From positions 8,067-72,066 of the forward strand of contig CAWJHF010000016.1 in the NCBI GenBank assembly GCA_963842445.1: a stretch of 64,000 nt of DNA, written 5' to 3'. The notes under the pieces are model-generated. The model was not told where the DNA came from. It worked only from the letters and a program-made list of their open reading frames with translations, and did not search any database. Below, in pieces: positions 20,154-30,093 of the stretch (its first letter is position 1; each line of letters starts with the position of its first letter). The stretch comes from an uncultured Verrucomicrobiae bacterium (lineage in GTDB: Bacteria > Verrucomicrobiota > Verrucomicrobiia > Limisphaerales > UBA11358). The position numbers and the translations under genes are program-made.

Positions 20154-20954
20154 TTATTGACGGACAGCCTTTCTGGAAAGATCAGACATCGGAGCGGTAT
20201 CAAGGCGGGAAAAAGTTCTTTGTTCTCGGGACTCGCGTGATTCAAGTACCTGAGCCATTATCGCGGGGAAAGTCTTCAAAAGTATTTTCAGATCGAGCCA
20301 CAATGTCTTGGTGCGAGCGTAGCGGATGTCCAGGCAAATCATCTCGGTAAAAGTGGTTTTGTTCTTCCCGCCCACCTGCCACAGCCCCGTTAGTCCCGGC
20401 AAGGTGTTGAACCGTTCCTTATGCCATCGCTGATATTTATTGTACTCGTAGGGAAGACAGGGACGCGGCCCCACCAAACTCATTTCACCGCGTAACACAT
20501 TAATCAATTGTGGCAATTCATCTAGCCCGGTAGCACGCAGCAACTTGCCGAAGGGAATAATCCGGGGATCGCCTTTTGCATCCATTTTCACCAGGGGCGT
20601 ATCTGAATCCATCAAATGGTCTAAATGCCCTTGATGAACAGTTGTGTCGGCATTCACAAACATCGTCCGAAATTTGAAGCACATAAACCGCTGTCCCAAA
20701 TAGCCTACACGTTCCTGTCGGAACAAAATAGGACCCTCAGAAACGATTCTAACCAATATTGCCACTGCCATCATCAATGGCAAAAGGATCGGTGTTGCCA
20801 AGAGGAAAACACTCACGTCCAAGAGCCGCTTCCATCTCGGTATGGAAATCGGAGGGATAGGGAAGTCTCTCTGCTCGGAGATTTTATTTTGATACATGTT
20901 AAGATTTGTGGAGTGAAAGTTCAGTGGAAATTTCGGATCTGATGAATCCGACAA
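20154..20954 (-). CDS. undecaprenyl-phosphate sugar-phosphate transferase (bacterial sugar transferase family, priming enzyme)
   Basis: KRLLDV, LVGPRP and LPGLTGLWQVGG motifs, plus one N-terminal TM helix. Confidence 0.9.
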   Translation of the reverse strand: MSDSSDPKFPLNFHSTNLNMYQNKISEQRDFPIPPISIPRWKRLLDVSVFLLATPILLPLMMAVAILVRIVSEGPILFRQERVGYLGQRFMCFKFRTMFVNADTTVHQGHLDHLMDSDTPLVKMDAKGDPRIIPFGKLLRATGLDELPQLINVLRGEMSLVGPRPCLPYEYNKYQRWHKERFNTLPGLTGLWQVGGKNKTTFTEMICLDIRYARTKTLWLDLKILLKTFPAIMAQVLESRESREQRTFSRLDTAPMSDLSRKAVRQ

Positions 20955-21049
20955 TCAGCTAAAAATAAACTAATTTGCACAGCTCCGCACTTGCTGGTCA
21001 ATGTCCACTTTCCAAAAAAACCAGCTTTCACTCCGGCAAAGCCGGATTT

Positions 21050-21790
21050 TTAATTGTTGCCGCACCTTCTCTCAGGCCAGTTCCCCTTCTGGCTTGGGGC
21101 CGCCAGAACCGGCACAAAATCCGCCAAAGTGTTTCTTTCCAACACAAGCGAGCTCCGCTCCACTTCTACGGGAGTCGGGCCGCCCAAAACCTCAAGCAGC
21201 ACCTGCACCCGTTTTTTTGCCGGCATTACACGCAAAACAAACGCACGCATGCCGGTAAACGCCCCATCGACAAAAATCACTTCATCAGCAGGTGAAATAC
21301 GATCCTCAACTGTCATGGGGAGGTCGGCCTCAAAGCACTCCCGCAATTCTTCAATGATCGAATCAGGGACAGCAGGAATTTTTTGCCCAAAATGCACGAG
21401 GCTACTGATTCCACCGGCATGTCGAATGGCATTGAAATCTTCTTCAAGCACACAACGAATAAAGATGTAGCAAGGAAACAGGGGTTCCACGACACGCATC
21501 ACACCGCGCTGAGTTGCCCGTTCTATACGAAGCCGTGGATGAAATACTTCCAATTCAAAATTCTGGCGCAAATTAGCCGCCGCAATGTGTTCGTGCTTCG
21601 GCTTTGTCCGCGCACAGTACCACGCCAAACAACCCTCAATTCCCCGCTGGTTGGCAACCCTATGATCTGTTTCCCCAATCGAAACATCCACCAACGGACG
21701 AAGAACTGAACCACCCGCCTCCTGAGGCGTGTACACTTTAGAGACACCGATTCCCCTAGTGCTCGACAATATGGATGAACCACCAATCAC
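21050..21790 (-). CDS. NusG-like (RfaH/UpxY-type) operon-specific transcription antiterminator; start uncertain
   Basis: NGN-like WYCARTKPKHEHIAAANLRQ..EVFHPR and C-terminal KOW-like ISPADEVIFVDGAFTGMRAFV. It sits at the head of the polysaccharide operon. Confidence 0.7.
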   Translation of the reverse strand: MIGGSSILSSTRGIGVSKVYTPQEAGGSVLRPLVDVSIGETDHRVANQRGIEGCLAWYCARTKPKHEHIAAANLRQNFELEVFHPRLRIERATQRGVMRVVEPLFPCYIFIRCVLEEDFNAIRHAGGISSLVHFGQKIPAVPDSIIEELRECFEADLPMTVEDRISPADEVIFVDGAFTGMRAFVLRVMPAKKRVQVLLEVLGGPTPVEVERSSLVLERNTLADFVPVLAAPSQKGNWPERRCGNN

Positions 21791-21908
21791 ACCTATAGAA
21801 TACCTGAAATGCGAGATAAGTCAGTCGTTTAAAAGTGGATTATTGTGTAGTGGTATTTACTACAACATGAAAATTCCAAATTCTTTTCTTTTGCTTTTTG
21901 TGATTTCT

Positions 21909-22595
21909 TCAAGAATTTGGCTCGTTTGCCCAATTTATGGCATGTCGCACAAGCTCAAGGCCGCTTTCAATATTTAACTTCTCCTTGATTCTGGCTCTAT
22001 ATGTTTCCACTGTGCTTACATCAATATGTAATGTGGCAGCGATCTGGCGTGTGCTCTGACCGGAGCCGATAAGTTGAAAAACCTGCATCTCACGGTCCGT
22101 CAACAAATCAAATTTTGTGGCGGTCGGCGCTGCACCGGCAATCTTAGAGGCAATTCGCGCCGCAGCCCTTTCGCTCCAGTAAATTTCACCGCTCAGTATT
22201 TTTCGAATCGCCAGCAGAATCCTCGCAGGAACTTCGTATTTGGTAATGTATCCGCGCGCACCTGCACGGATCGCCCGTTCAGCATGAATCATTTCATCAT
22301 GCATGGAGAGCACCAAGCTTTGCACTTCCGGAAAACGCTCTCGAAGGTCTTTGATGAGTTCCAGTCCGTGAGAACTTTTCAAAGTCAAATCCACAATCGC
22401 CAGCTGGGGTTCGGTGGCACTCACAATCTCCAAGGCCTGCTCGCGATCCTCCGCTTCACCGCAAACCACCAGATCAGGTTCCCCTTGGATAATTTTCTTC
22501 AACGACTCACGAACCAGTGGATGATCGTCAACGATCAAAACACGCACGCGCGTATTGTCCTTGTCGTCGGATTTGTCGGAATTGTCACCGTTCAT
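21909..22595 (-). CDS. NarL/FixJ-family response regulator (REC + LuxR HTH)
   Basis: VLIVDDHPLVRESL...AIVDLTLK receiver domain and LTDREMQVFQLIGSGQSTRQIAATLHIDVSTVETYRARIKEKL. Confidence 0.9.
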   Translation of the reverse strand: MNGDNSDKSDDKDNTRVRVLIVDDHPLVRESLKKIIQGEPDLVVCGEAEDREQALEIVSATEPQLAIVDLTLKSSHGLELIKDLRERFPEVQSLVLSMHDEMIHAERAIRAGARGYITKYEVPARILLAIRKILSGEIYWSERAAARIASKIAGAAPTATKFDLLTDREMQVFQLIGSGQSTRQIAATLHIDVSTVETYRARIKEKLNIESGLELVRHAINWANEPNS

Positions 22596-23127
22596 GCGTT
22601 TTGCATGTTATTACAAACCTGATTTTGCACAAGCGGTTTTTGGCGGATTTTCGGTGGTTGCAAATCGGATTTTGCTCGCCATGGGACATGGGCACCCCAA
22701 CAACGCGACACGTTCAACGGTTCATCAAAATCTTAGCCATCGTCCACATTGGTAATCCCCAAAATAAGGGTCCTCATCAGCAACTTTCCGCGATCTGAAT
22801 TTTGCACTTGGTCATCGCGGGCATGTTCCTTTGAATTCAATCAACCGTTTCGTCCGGAGAGTCTAGATGAAATTTCATGTTCCTTTTCAAGACAGCGCTG
22901 TCTTGAAGGCTTTCAACAAAATGCGATCCCGCTTGGGTAGAAACGTCCTTTAAAATTAAAGTTTTCACAGCTTCCGTGGTGGAAAACAACGGAATCTTCT
23001 GATTTCAATGGAGATTTGTTGAAAACCTCTGTCTTTTCGCGCCACGGCATTCACGCCTTGGAAATTTCCGGCTTAAAAACGATCACGTTGGCAAAGTTTT
23101 TGCATAGGGAAGTGCAGACGTAGTAAA

Positions 23128-26100
23128 ATGAGTAGTATACATTTTTTTGACCGGGTGGGGTGTGCCGCTCTCAATTCGCTTCTATTAAGTGGGATGGCCC
23201 TTATCATACAGTTGCCGGCCTTTGCCCAAAACGTAACCCTTGCATGGAATCCAAGCACTGATCCAACTGTGGTGGGTTACAATATCTACTATGGTGGAAC
23301 GAGCGGCAATTACACCAACACACTTCCTGCCGGCAATGCAACAAATATCACGGTTTCCGGTTTGGTTGCAGGAGACACCTATTATTTTGCAGCCACAGCG
23401 TATAACAACTCGGGCGAACAAAGTCCGCTTTCAAGCGAGGTTTCCTACTCTGTCCCCACGAATGCCGCAGCCGTCAATCAGCCGCCGACGTTGAACCCCA
23501 TCAACAACCTGACCATCAACGAAAACGCCGGCCTGCAAACGGTGAATCTGTACGGCATCTCTTCCGGTGCCACCAACCAAAATCAATTCCTCACCGTCAC
23601 CGCGACCTCCAGCAACACCAATTTGATTCCCAACCCGACGGTCCATTATACCAGCGCCAACACCAACGGCTCCCTGACCTTCACGCCGGTGACCAATGCC
23701 ATTGGCTCGGCCACCATTACCGTCACCGTCAATAACGGGGGCGCGAGCAACAGCATCGTTACCCAGACTTTCACCGTGACGGTCAACCCGGTGAATCAAC
23801 CGCCGACGTTGAACCCCATCAACAACCTGACCATCAACGAAAACGCCGGCCTGCAAACGGTGAATCTGTACGGCATCTCTTCCGGTGCGGCCAATGAAAA
23901 TCAAAAGCTCACCGTCACCGCGACCTCCAGCAACACCAATTTGATTCCCAATCCGACAGTCAATTATACCAGTGCCAACACCAATGGCTCCCTGGCTTTT
24001 ACGCCGGTTACCAATGTCATTGGCACGGCCATCATCACCGTCACCGTCAATGACGGCGGGGCCAGCAACAACATCATCACCCAATCCTTTACGGTCAACG
24101 TTCAAACCAACAACGATCATACCACGCCCACCGATCAAATCACGGCACCAACCTCCAATCAGCAATGGACCAACGGAACATTTACGGTAACAGGCAAGGC
24201 CAGCGACAACGTGGGGGTGGGGAAGGTGTATTACTCACTGAACGGTTCGGGCTGGACGGCTGCCACGACGACCAACAATTGGACCAATTGGACCGCCAAC
24301 CTGGCGCTGACACCCGGCACCAACACCGTCCAAGCCTATGCCGCCGATACCAGCGGGAACTTCTCACCCACCAACACCGTCAAATTTGAATATGTCGTGC
24401 TCAAGCCCTTGACGGTGCAGATCATGGGACTCGGCACGGTCAATCCCAAGTGTGGCACGCTCAATCCCAACTACACAAACGGCACGCCGCTGGCGATCAA
24501 CGAGAACTACACGTTGACCGCCAATGCGTCGTCGGGGTTTGCCTTCACCAACTGGACGGGGAGTCTGACGACAAACAGCGCGACTCTGCGGTTCATGATG
24601 CAGACCAATTTAACGTTGAAGGCGAATTTTGTGGATGTGATCAAGCCGACAGTGAGCATTGTGACCCCAACCTCCAACCAGCAGTGGACCAATGGAACGT
24701 TCACGGTGACGGGCAAGGCCGGCGACAATGTGGCGGTGAGCACCGTGCATTATTCGTTGAACGGCTCTGGCTGGACGGCGGCCACGACGACCAACAATTG
24801 GACCAATTGGACCGCCAACCTGACGCTGACACCCGGCACCAACACCGTCCAAGCCTATGCCGTGGACACCACCGGGAATATCTCAACTACTAACACCGCC
24901 AAATTTGAATATGTCGTGCGCAAGCCCCTGACGCTGCAGATCTTCGGACTCGGCACGGCCAATCCCAAATGGGGCACACTCAATCCCAATTACACAAACG
25001 GCACGCCGCTGGCCATCAATGAGAACTACAAGTTGACCGCCAATCCGTCGTCAGGATTTGCCTTCACCAACTGGACCGACGGGTCTGGCAACCTGCTGAC
25101 CAATCGGGCCACCCTCCAGTTCACCATGGTGACGAACCTGGCGTTGAGGGCCAATTTCGCGGATGTGACCAGGCCGACATTGAGCATTGTGACCCCAACC
25201 TCCAACCAGCAGTGGACCAATGGAACGTTCACGGTGACGGGCAAGGCCGGCGACAATGTGGCGGTGAGCACCGTGCATTATTCGTTGAACGGCTCTGGCT
25301 GGACGGCGGCCACGACGACCAACAATTGGACCAATTGGACCGCCAACCTGGCGCTGACACCCGGCACCAACACCGTCCAAGCCTATGCCGTGGACACCAC
25401 CGGGAATATCTCAACTACTAACACCGCCAAATTTGAATATGTCGTGCGCAAGCCCCTGACGCTGCAGATCTTCGGACTCGGCACGGCCAATCCCAAATGG
25501 GGCACACTCAATCCCAATTACACAAACGGCACGCCGCTGGCCATCAATGAGAACTACAAGTTGACCGCCAATCCGTCGTCAGGATTTGCCTTCACCAACT
25601 GGACCGACGGGTCTGGCAACCTGCTGACCAATCGGGCCACCCTCCAGTTCACCATGGTGACGAACCTGGCGTTGAGGGCCAATTTCGCGGATGTGACCAG
25701 GCCGACAGTGAGCATTGTGACTCCGACCTCCAACCAGCAGTGGACCAATGGAACGTTCACGGTGACGGGCAAGGCCGGCGACAATGTGGCGGTGAGCACC
25801 GTGCATTATTCGTTGAACGGCTCTGGCTGGACGGCGGCCACGACGACCAACAACTGGACCAATTGGACCGCCAACCTGACGCTGACACCCGGCACCAACA
25901 CCGTCCAAGCCTATGCCGTGGACACCACCGGGAATATCTCAACCACCAACAAGGTAATCTTTGCGTACGCCACGGCACCGAACTCGCTTGCCGGGTTGAT
26001 GGGTGCGGTAAATGAGAATGGTGGCGGCACATTTTATCTTTGCTTTGGCACCAGCACCTTCAGTCAGAACTCGGGCAATACCAACTATGACAACGGCGTT

Positions 26101-27264
26101 GGTAATTACAGTTACACCAAACTGAATCCGGACACGGCGCAGTTGTCCATCGCATACACCGCCCCGCCCAATATATCGGGCACAAAGACTGTCGTGTTGC
26201 TGACATTCTTTACCAACAACGAGTGCATCTTTAGCAACCAGAGTAATGTGGTAAACACAGGGACAATCAGCTTCTGGTCGGTGCCCACTTGGGCTCCCAC
26301 CTCGTTGAATGGGAAGACATCGGTGCTGATCGCCAACGGGCAACTGACGACAGCGGCCTTTGAGTCGAGCACGCTAACCATTACCAATTCTGCCGGCCAG
26401 GTGACTAACGGGAACTACGCGTTCAAGCAATACAGCCCACTGGGAGCGTTGCTGACGGTGACGCAATCCAATGAAACGAACTTCCTGCAGCTCACCTTTG
26501 CCGCGACCAATTACGGGTCGTATTATGCCACCGCCTATGCCGATTCAAGTAATGCGCCGATGGCCGGTACAGGTGTATTTACGATACTTTCGGAATCATC
26601 GGGCGGGAATGCGCCGGATTCATTGGCGGATTTGACGGCGCAGGTGACGCAAGCTGACGGTTCGTTTGAAATGAATTTTGGGATCGCCACGTTCGGTCAG
26701 AACTCGTTCACCACCAATTACGCCAATGGTGTGGGGGCTTACACCTACACCAGGTTGGGTGCTGATAGCGCCACGTTAAGTTTAAACTATACCGCACCGC
26801 CAACCGTTGCCAGCGCTGTTGGGCCGGTGATTCTGACGTTTATCGCGCCGAATTTCTGCGTCTTAACCAATCAGGACAGCAGTGGCAGCAACACCATTGC
26901 GGCGATCAGCTTCTGGGCGCCGCCGACAAATTGGGTTCCGACCTCGTTGGCCGGGCAGACCCTCTACACAACAAATGCAAATGGAATTGTTGACGCGGTG
27001 ACGCTCAACAGGGACGGGACGTTTGGCCAGACTGAAACAGGTTCCAGCAACCCCGGAGTATCGACGGGCAGCTATACCTTCACACCATATGGTCCACTGG
27101 GCGGAATGCTTGTTTTAACCTACAGCGGTGGTGTGGAGGCCGGGAGTGTGTCTTATATTCAGACCACGTTCACGGGCCAGGGAGTGGGCAGTTTCTTTGT
27201 GACATTCTACGACGGTTCCGCAGATCCACCGATGAACGGCTTCGGCAACTTTACCATTCCGTAA
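23128..27264 (+). CDS. giant secreted repeat protein (FN3 + cadherin-like repeats + Ig-like/InlB-B-like tandem units + two divergent C-terminal modules)
   Basis: Signal-like N-terminus and an FN3-like region (NVTLAWNPSTDPTVVGYNIYYG). Then 2 x 106-aa repeats and 3.5 x about 176-aa repeats. Very Thr/Asn-rich. Confidence 0.85.
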   Translation: MSSIHFFDRVGCAALNSLLLSGMALIIQLPAFAQNVTLAWNPSTDPTVVGYNIYYGGTSGNYTNTLPAGNATNITVSGLVAGDTYYFAATAYNNSGEQSPLSSEVSYSVPTNAAAVNQPPTLNPINNLTINENAGLQTVNLYGISSGATNQNQFLTVTATSSNTNLIPNPTVHYTSANTNGSLTFTPVTNAIGSATITVTVNNGGASNSIVTQTFTVTVNPVNQPPTLNPINNLTINENAGLQTVNLYGISSGAANENQKLTVTATSSNTNLIPNPTVNYTSANTNGSLAFTPVTNVIGTAIITVTVNDGGASNNIITQSFTVNVQTNNDHTTPTDQITAPTSNQQWTNGTFTVTGKASDNVGVGKVYYSLNGSGWTAATTTNNWTNWTANLALTPGTNTVQAYAADTSGNFSPTNTVKFEYVVLKPLTVQIMGLGTVNPKCGTLNPNYTNGTPLAINENYTLTANASSGFAFTNWTGSLTTNSATLRFMMQTNLTLKANFVDVIKPTVSIVTPTSNQQWTNGTFTVTGKAGDNVAVSTVHYSLNGSGWTAATTTNNWTNWTANLTLTPGTNTVQAYAVDTTGNISTTNTAKFEYVVRKPLTLQIFGLGTANPKWGTLNPNYTNGTPLAINENYKLTANPSSGFAFTNWTDGSGNLLTNRATLQFTMVTNLALRANFADVTRPTLSIVTPTSNQQWTNGTFTVTGKAGDNVAVSTVHYSLNGSGWTAATTTNNWTNWTANLALTPGTNTVQAYAVDTTGNISTTNTAKFEYVVRKPLTLQIFGLGTANPKWGTLNPNYTNGTPLAINENYKLTANPSSGFAFTNWTDGSGNLLTNRATLQFTMVTNLALRANFADVTRPTVSIVTPTSNQQWTNGTFTVTGKAGDNVAVSTVHYSLNGSGWTAATTTNNWTNWTANLTLTPGTNTVQAYAVDTTGNISTTNKVIFAYATAPNSLAGLMGAVNENGGGTFYLCFGTSTFSQNSGNTNYDNGVGNYSYTKLNPDTAQLSIAYTAPPNISGTKTVVLLTFFTNNECIFSNQSNVVNTGTISFWSVPTWAPTSLNGKTSVLIANGQLTTAAFESSTLTITNSAGQVTNGNYAFKQYSPLGALLTVTQSNETNFLQLTFAATNYGSYYATAYADSSNAPMAGTGVFTILSESSGGNAPDSLADLTAQVTQADGSFEMNFGIATFGQNSFTTNYANGVGAYTYTRLGADSATLSLNYTAPPTVASAVGPVILTFIAPNFCVLTNQDSSGSNTIAAISFWAPPTNWVPTSLAGQTLYTTNANGIVDAVTLNRDGTFGQTETGSSNPGVSTGSYTFTPYGPLGGMLVLTYSGGVEAGSVSYIQTTFTGQGVGSFFVTFYDGSADPPMNGFGNFTIP
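23476..24111 (+). repeat. 2 x 318-bp tandem coding repeat (106 aa, NQPPTLNPINNLTINENAGLQTVNLYGISSGA...)
   Basis: Unit starts at 23476 and 23794, so the period is 318 nt. The first ~85 nt of each unit are nearly identical by eye. Confidence 0.9.
24112..25950 (+). repeat. tandem coding repeat: one divergent 519-bp unit, two near-identical 528-bp units, and a partial fourth
   Basis: The tccaaccagcagtggacc landmark (tccaatcagcaatggacc in the divergent first unit) recurs at 24154, 24673, 25201 and 25729, so the period is 519 then 528 and 528. Long stretches such as 24901-25140 and 25429-25668 read identically. Confidence 0.9.
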
Positions 27265-27291
27265 TTACTATAAAACCGGGCGCCAACCCAT

Positions 27292-28944
27292 TTACTTGCC
27301 GAGGGCGCCGCGCAGGTTCTGATGGGCCTCGGCGTAATCCGGTTTCAGGCGGATGGCTTCCTGAAATTGGATGACCGCCTCGTCGATTCGGCCTTTCTTG
27401 AAGAGGGCGATGCCAAGGTTGTTGTGAGCCTCGGCGTCATCGGGTTTCAGGCGGATGGCTTCCTGGATCTGGATGATCGCCTCGTCGATTTGGCCTCCCA
27501 TGCCAAGGGCGTTGCCCAGGTTGTCGTAGGCGTCGGCATAATTGGGTTTCAGGCGGATGGCCTCCTGGTATTGACTGATCGCCTCGTCGATTTGGTTTTT
27601 CTTGGCGAGGGCGTCGCCGAGGGTTTTGTGTGCGAGGTAATTATTCTCCGTGACTTCGAGCGCATGCCGGAAAAGAGTTTCATTGTCCTTCCAATACCCG
27701 AGCTGCTGCCGCGTCAACCCGATGCACAGGACAATCGCCGCTGAACCCGCCACCGATAACACCATCGCCTGATGCCGCCAGCCTCTGGTCAGTTCGTATG
27801 CGCCCCAGATTGCCAGAATCAGCACCCCAAGCGACGGCACGTAAGTGAATCGGTCGGCCATCGCCTGTTCGCCTGACTGCACCACTTCGATGACGGGCAC
27901 CAGCGTCCCGACAAACCACAGCCACCCCATCAGCAAAAAAGGATAGCGCCGCCGCTTCACAAAAAGAACCACCGAAATGCCGATTATCAACACACCCGCC
28001 AGCAGCACCTGCTCCATCGGCCAATACCCGGGGTGCGGATAAAAAACCGCCAGATCCGTCGGCCAGAACATCTTCCCCAGATAGCGGCAGTACGAAATCA
28101 GGGCGTTCCCGACGCGCGCGCCGAGTGGCAGGTCTTCAAACGACGCCACTGCTCCTCCATGTTGCTGCGCCACGAAGGTCACCACGCTCGCCAACGCCGC
28201 CAGGACAAAGAACGGGATTTTCTCCCTCACCAATCGTTGCGCGCTGCTGGGCTTGAAGCGCTCCAAGGGCCAGTAATCCAACAGCAGCAAAACACACGGC
28301 TCCGTCACCAGCATCGCCTTGCTCATCAATCCGAGCACAAACATCGCCAAGGCTGTGCCGTACCAGATGCTGGATCTCGAATTCTGGGCTTTGCCGGCTT
28401 CGACATATTTCACATACGCCCACAACGTCAGCATCCAGAAGAGCGTGCTCAAAACGTCCTTGCGCTCCGTTATCCAGACAACCGATTCGACCCGCAACGG
28501 ATGCCACCCGAATAACGCGGCCAGAATCAGGCTACGCCACGCTGCCCCGGTCATTCGCCGAAATACGAGAAACACCAGGGCGGTGTTGGCGGCGTGAAGC
28601 AGCACATTAATCAGGTGATGTCCCCAGGCATTCGGCCCAAAGAGCTGCCAGGCCAGCATGTGCGACAACCACATGAGCGGCGCCCAAGAGGCGGCTTGTT
28701 CCGTGTTGCCAAACGCCCATTTCACCCCCTCCCAGTTCAAACCGCCCTGAACGTGGGGATTCTCAGTTACATACGCCAAATCATCGAGGTTGATAAAGTC
28801 ACATCGCATCGCCGGCCAGTAAAGGGCAATCGTGACCAGCACCAGCAATGCTGCAACAAGCCACACCGGAAAACGCGACCAATACACAACGAGGGCAGAT
28901 GCCTTTGCTGGTGTGGGGTTGAGATTCGTCTTTGGCCTGCGCAT
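27292..28944 (-). CDS. TMTC-like GT-C-fold membrane protein with C-terminal TPR repeats (putative protein O-glycosyl/mannosyltransferase)
   Basis: About 10 TM helices and the family-typical CDFINLDDLAYVTENPHVQ motif after TM1. The C-terminus carries 4-5 TPRs (AISQYQEAIRLKPNYADAYDNLGNAL...). Confidence 0.7.
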   Translation of the reverse strand: MRRPKTNLNPTPAKASALVVYWSRFPVWLVAALLVLVTIALYWPAMRCDFINLDDLAYVTENPHVQGGLNWEGVKWAFGNTEQAASWAPLMWLSHMLAWQLFGPNAWGHHLINVLLHAANTALVFLVFRRMTGAAWRSLILAALFGWHPLRVESVVWITERKDVLSTLFWMLTLWAYVKYVEAGKAQNSRSSIWYGTALAMFVLGLMSKAMLVTEPCVLLLLDYWPLERFKPSSAQRLVREKIPFFVLAALASVVTFVAQQHGGAVASFEDLPLGARVGNALISYCRYLGKMFWPTDLAVFYPHPGYWPMEQVLLAGVLIIGISVVLFVKRRRYPFLLMGWLWFVGTLVPVIEVVQSGEQAMADRFTYVPSLGVLILAIWGAYELTRGWRHQAMVLSVAGSAAIVLCIGLTRQQLGYWKDNETLFRHALEVTENNYLAHKTLGDALAKKNQIDEAISQYQEAIRLKPNYADAYDNLGNALGMGGQIDEAIIQIQEAIRLKPDDAEAHNNLGIALFKKGRIDEAVIQFQEAIRLKPDYAEAHQNLRGALGK

Positions 28945-29220
28945 AGGACTCCCATAAATGTCATGTTCGAGAGTTCGTTATCTTATTTCGGAACACACTA
29001 CAAGGAATACCATTTCGTATCCGGGCAAAATTCATCCTCAAGCTACCCGGCTTCCACTGGAATCCATCGGGATCTCTGCTGATTCCAACGGACAGTTACT
29101 GGAGTATTAAACAAGGTTAAGGGGCGGGGTTCCGGCACAGTCGGCGCCCTCGTCATTTCGCCATGTTCTTCTCTGTCCACCAGTTCGGGGTCTCAGATGA
29201 TCATCGCTTGGCTCCACTAA

Positions 29221-29272
29221 ACATGCTCACGCCGCGAAGTTCGCGCTTTTCATCGTTGGAAATCAGGGTTAG
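29221..29272 (+). repeat. direct repeat copy A (left island boundary), homologous to the tRNA-Leu upstream region
   Basis: acatgctcacgccgcgaagttcgcgcttttcatcgttggaaatcagggttag matches 51024-51075 at 48 of 52 positions with no gaps (hand count). Confidence 0.85.
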
Positions 29273-29307
29273 AACTAATGGCCGAGGGGTAGTGGTACGT
29301 TTTGAAA

Positions 29308-29520
29308 TTAGGCAGCGACTGGGTTTGAAGGCGGGGGACTTTCCTCGCTAACCAATAATGCTGGCGTTTCCAAAGCCCATAGAACATCAAATGAACAACG
29401 TTCACATCGCGGCAGCACTTGGCCCTTCAAAAATGAGCGTTTAATAGCGTGAACACAGTGCGCTTTGTAAATCCCAGAGACATCACAGTGTTCACCGCTC
29501 ATTTTAAGTACTGAAATCAT
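29308..29520 (-). CDS. small Cys-rich hypothetical protein
   Basis: MSGEHCDVSGIYKAHCVHAI...GQVLPRCERCSFDVLW has two Cys pairs that resemble a zinc-ribbon. No other support. Confidence 0.3.
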   Translation of the reverse strand: MISVLKMSGEHCDVSGIYKAHCVHAIKRSFLKGQVLPRCERCSFDVLWALETPALLVSEESPPPSNPVAA

Positions 29521-29572
29521 GCCTTTCTTTACGGTCTATGGCCGCAGGCGTCAATGTAATAGAACAAATTTA

Positions 29573-30088
29573 TTAGTCCAACAATTTCACGATTTGTTCC
29601 AAGCTCCAAATGTGGTCTGAAATTCCCGCTTCCATCGCTGGCGTGACGCGCAAGCTTTGATGCACACGGCCAAAATTGTAATACATATAATGCAACGCAA
29701 TCGCAGCTTCGTGATTTTCGACCTTTTTTGAAAAGGCATTCGTTAGGCGCGTAAATCGGCGCATGGACATTCTCATCGTCAGATTTTGCCGCTCCGTGTG
29801 GCTGGTGGAAATGTGTTTGAAATCCGGCATCCCCGAAATCACCGCCCGTTTTGCACCCATGCAGACCGCCGGACTGTAACGCACTTCCCCTTGCGGCTGC
29901 TCAACGCCGTAAATCTTTTGCAGCATCGTATAATCAATGTCCGCGCCAAAAGCATCTTCAACCACCGTCAGATACGCCTTGTGGCCGTCCGTTGTCAGTT
30001 GGACACGGTTTGCCAGCCGTCCGGCCAAATCGTGCATAAAATGATACGCTGCGCCAGCGTCACGGCTGCTGACGAACCAACACGGCAC
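29573..30088 (-). mobile_element. IS1-family transposase, C-terminal two-thirds only (5'-truncated remnant)
   Basis: LANRVQLTTDGHKAYL...STSHTERQNLTMRMSMRRFTRLTNAFSKKVENH...YNFGRVHQSLRVTPAMEAG matches the DDE region of this IS1-like group. The N-terminal HTH and first Asp region are missing. Confidence 0.75.
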
Positions 30089-30093
30089 AAGTT

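Noticed and set aside
23431-26387. Numerous 60-240-aa ORFs on both strands inside the giant repeat gene, e.g. 23431-24165(-), 25051-25380(-) and 25212-25421(+), many with near-identical sequences
   Set aside because: They are out-of-frame or antisense shadows of the 23128-27264 coding repeats. Their similarity to each other only mirrors the DNA tandem repeat, and their composition (Arg/Gly/Pro/Cys-rich) is not protein-like.
29163-29351. ORFs 29163-29351(+) and 50801-51127(+) share the peptide PRSSRFSSL.IR, suggesting a duplicated small gene
   Set aside because: The shared peptide is the translation of the 52-nt direct repeat. The flanking ORF parts are unrelated and non-coding in character.
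29273-29352. Possible second tRNA (gccgaggggtagtggtacg...cctcgct) after repeat copy A, and a GGAAAGTCC-like RNase P motif on the minus strand (gaggaaagtcccccgcc)
   Set aside because: I could not fold a cloverleaf: the acceptor arms mismatch and there are no D or T arms. The RNase P-like match is a single short motif without the remaining ~350 nt of conserved structure. At most this is a decayed tRNA 5' fragment.
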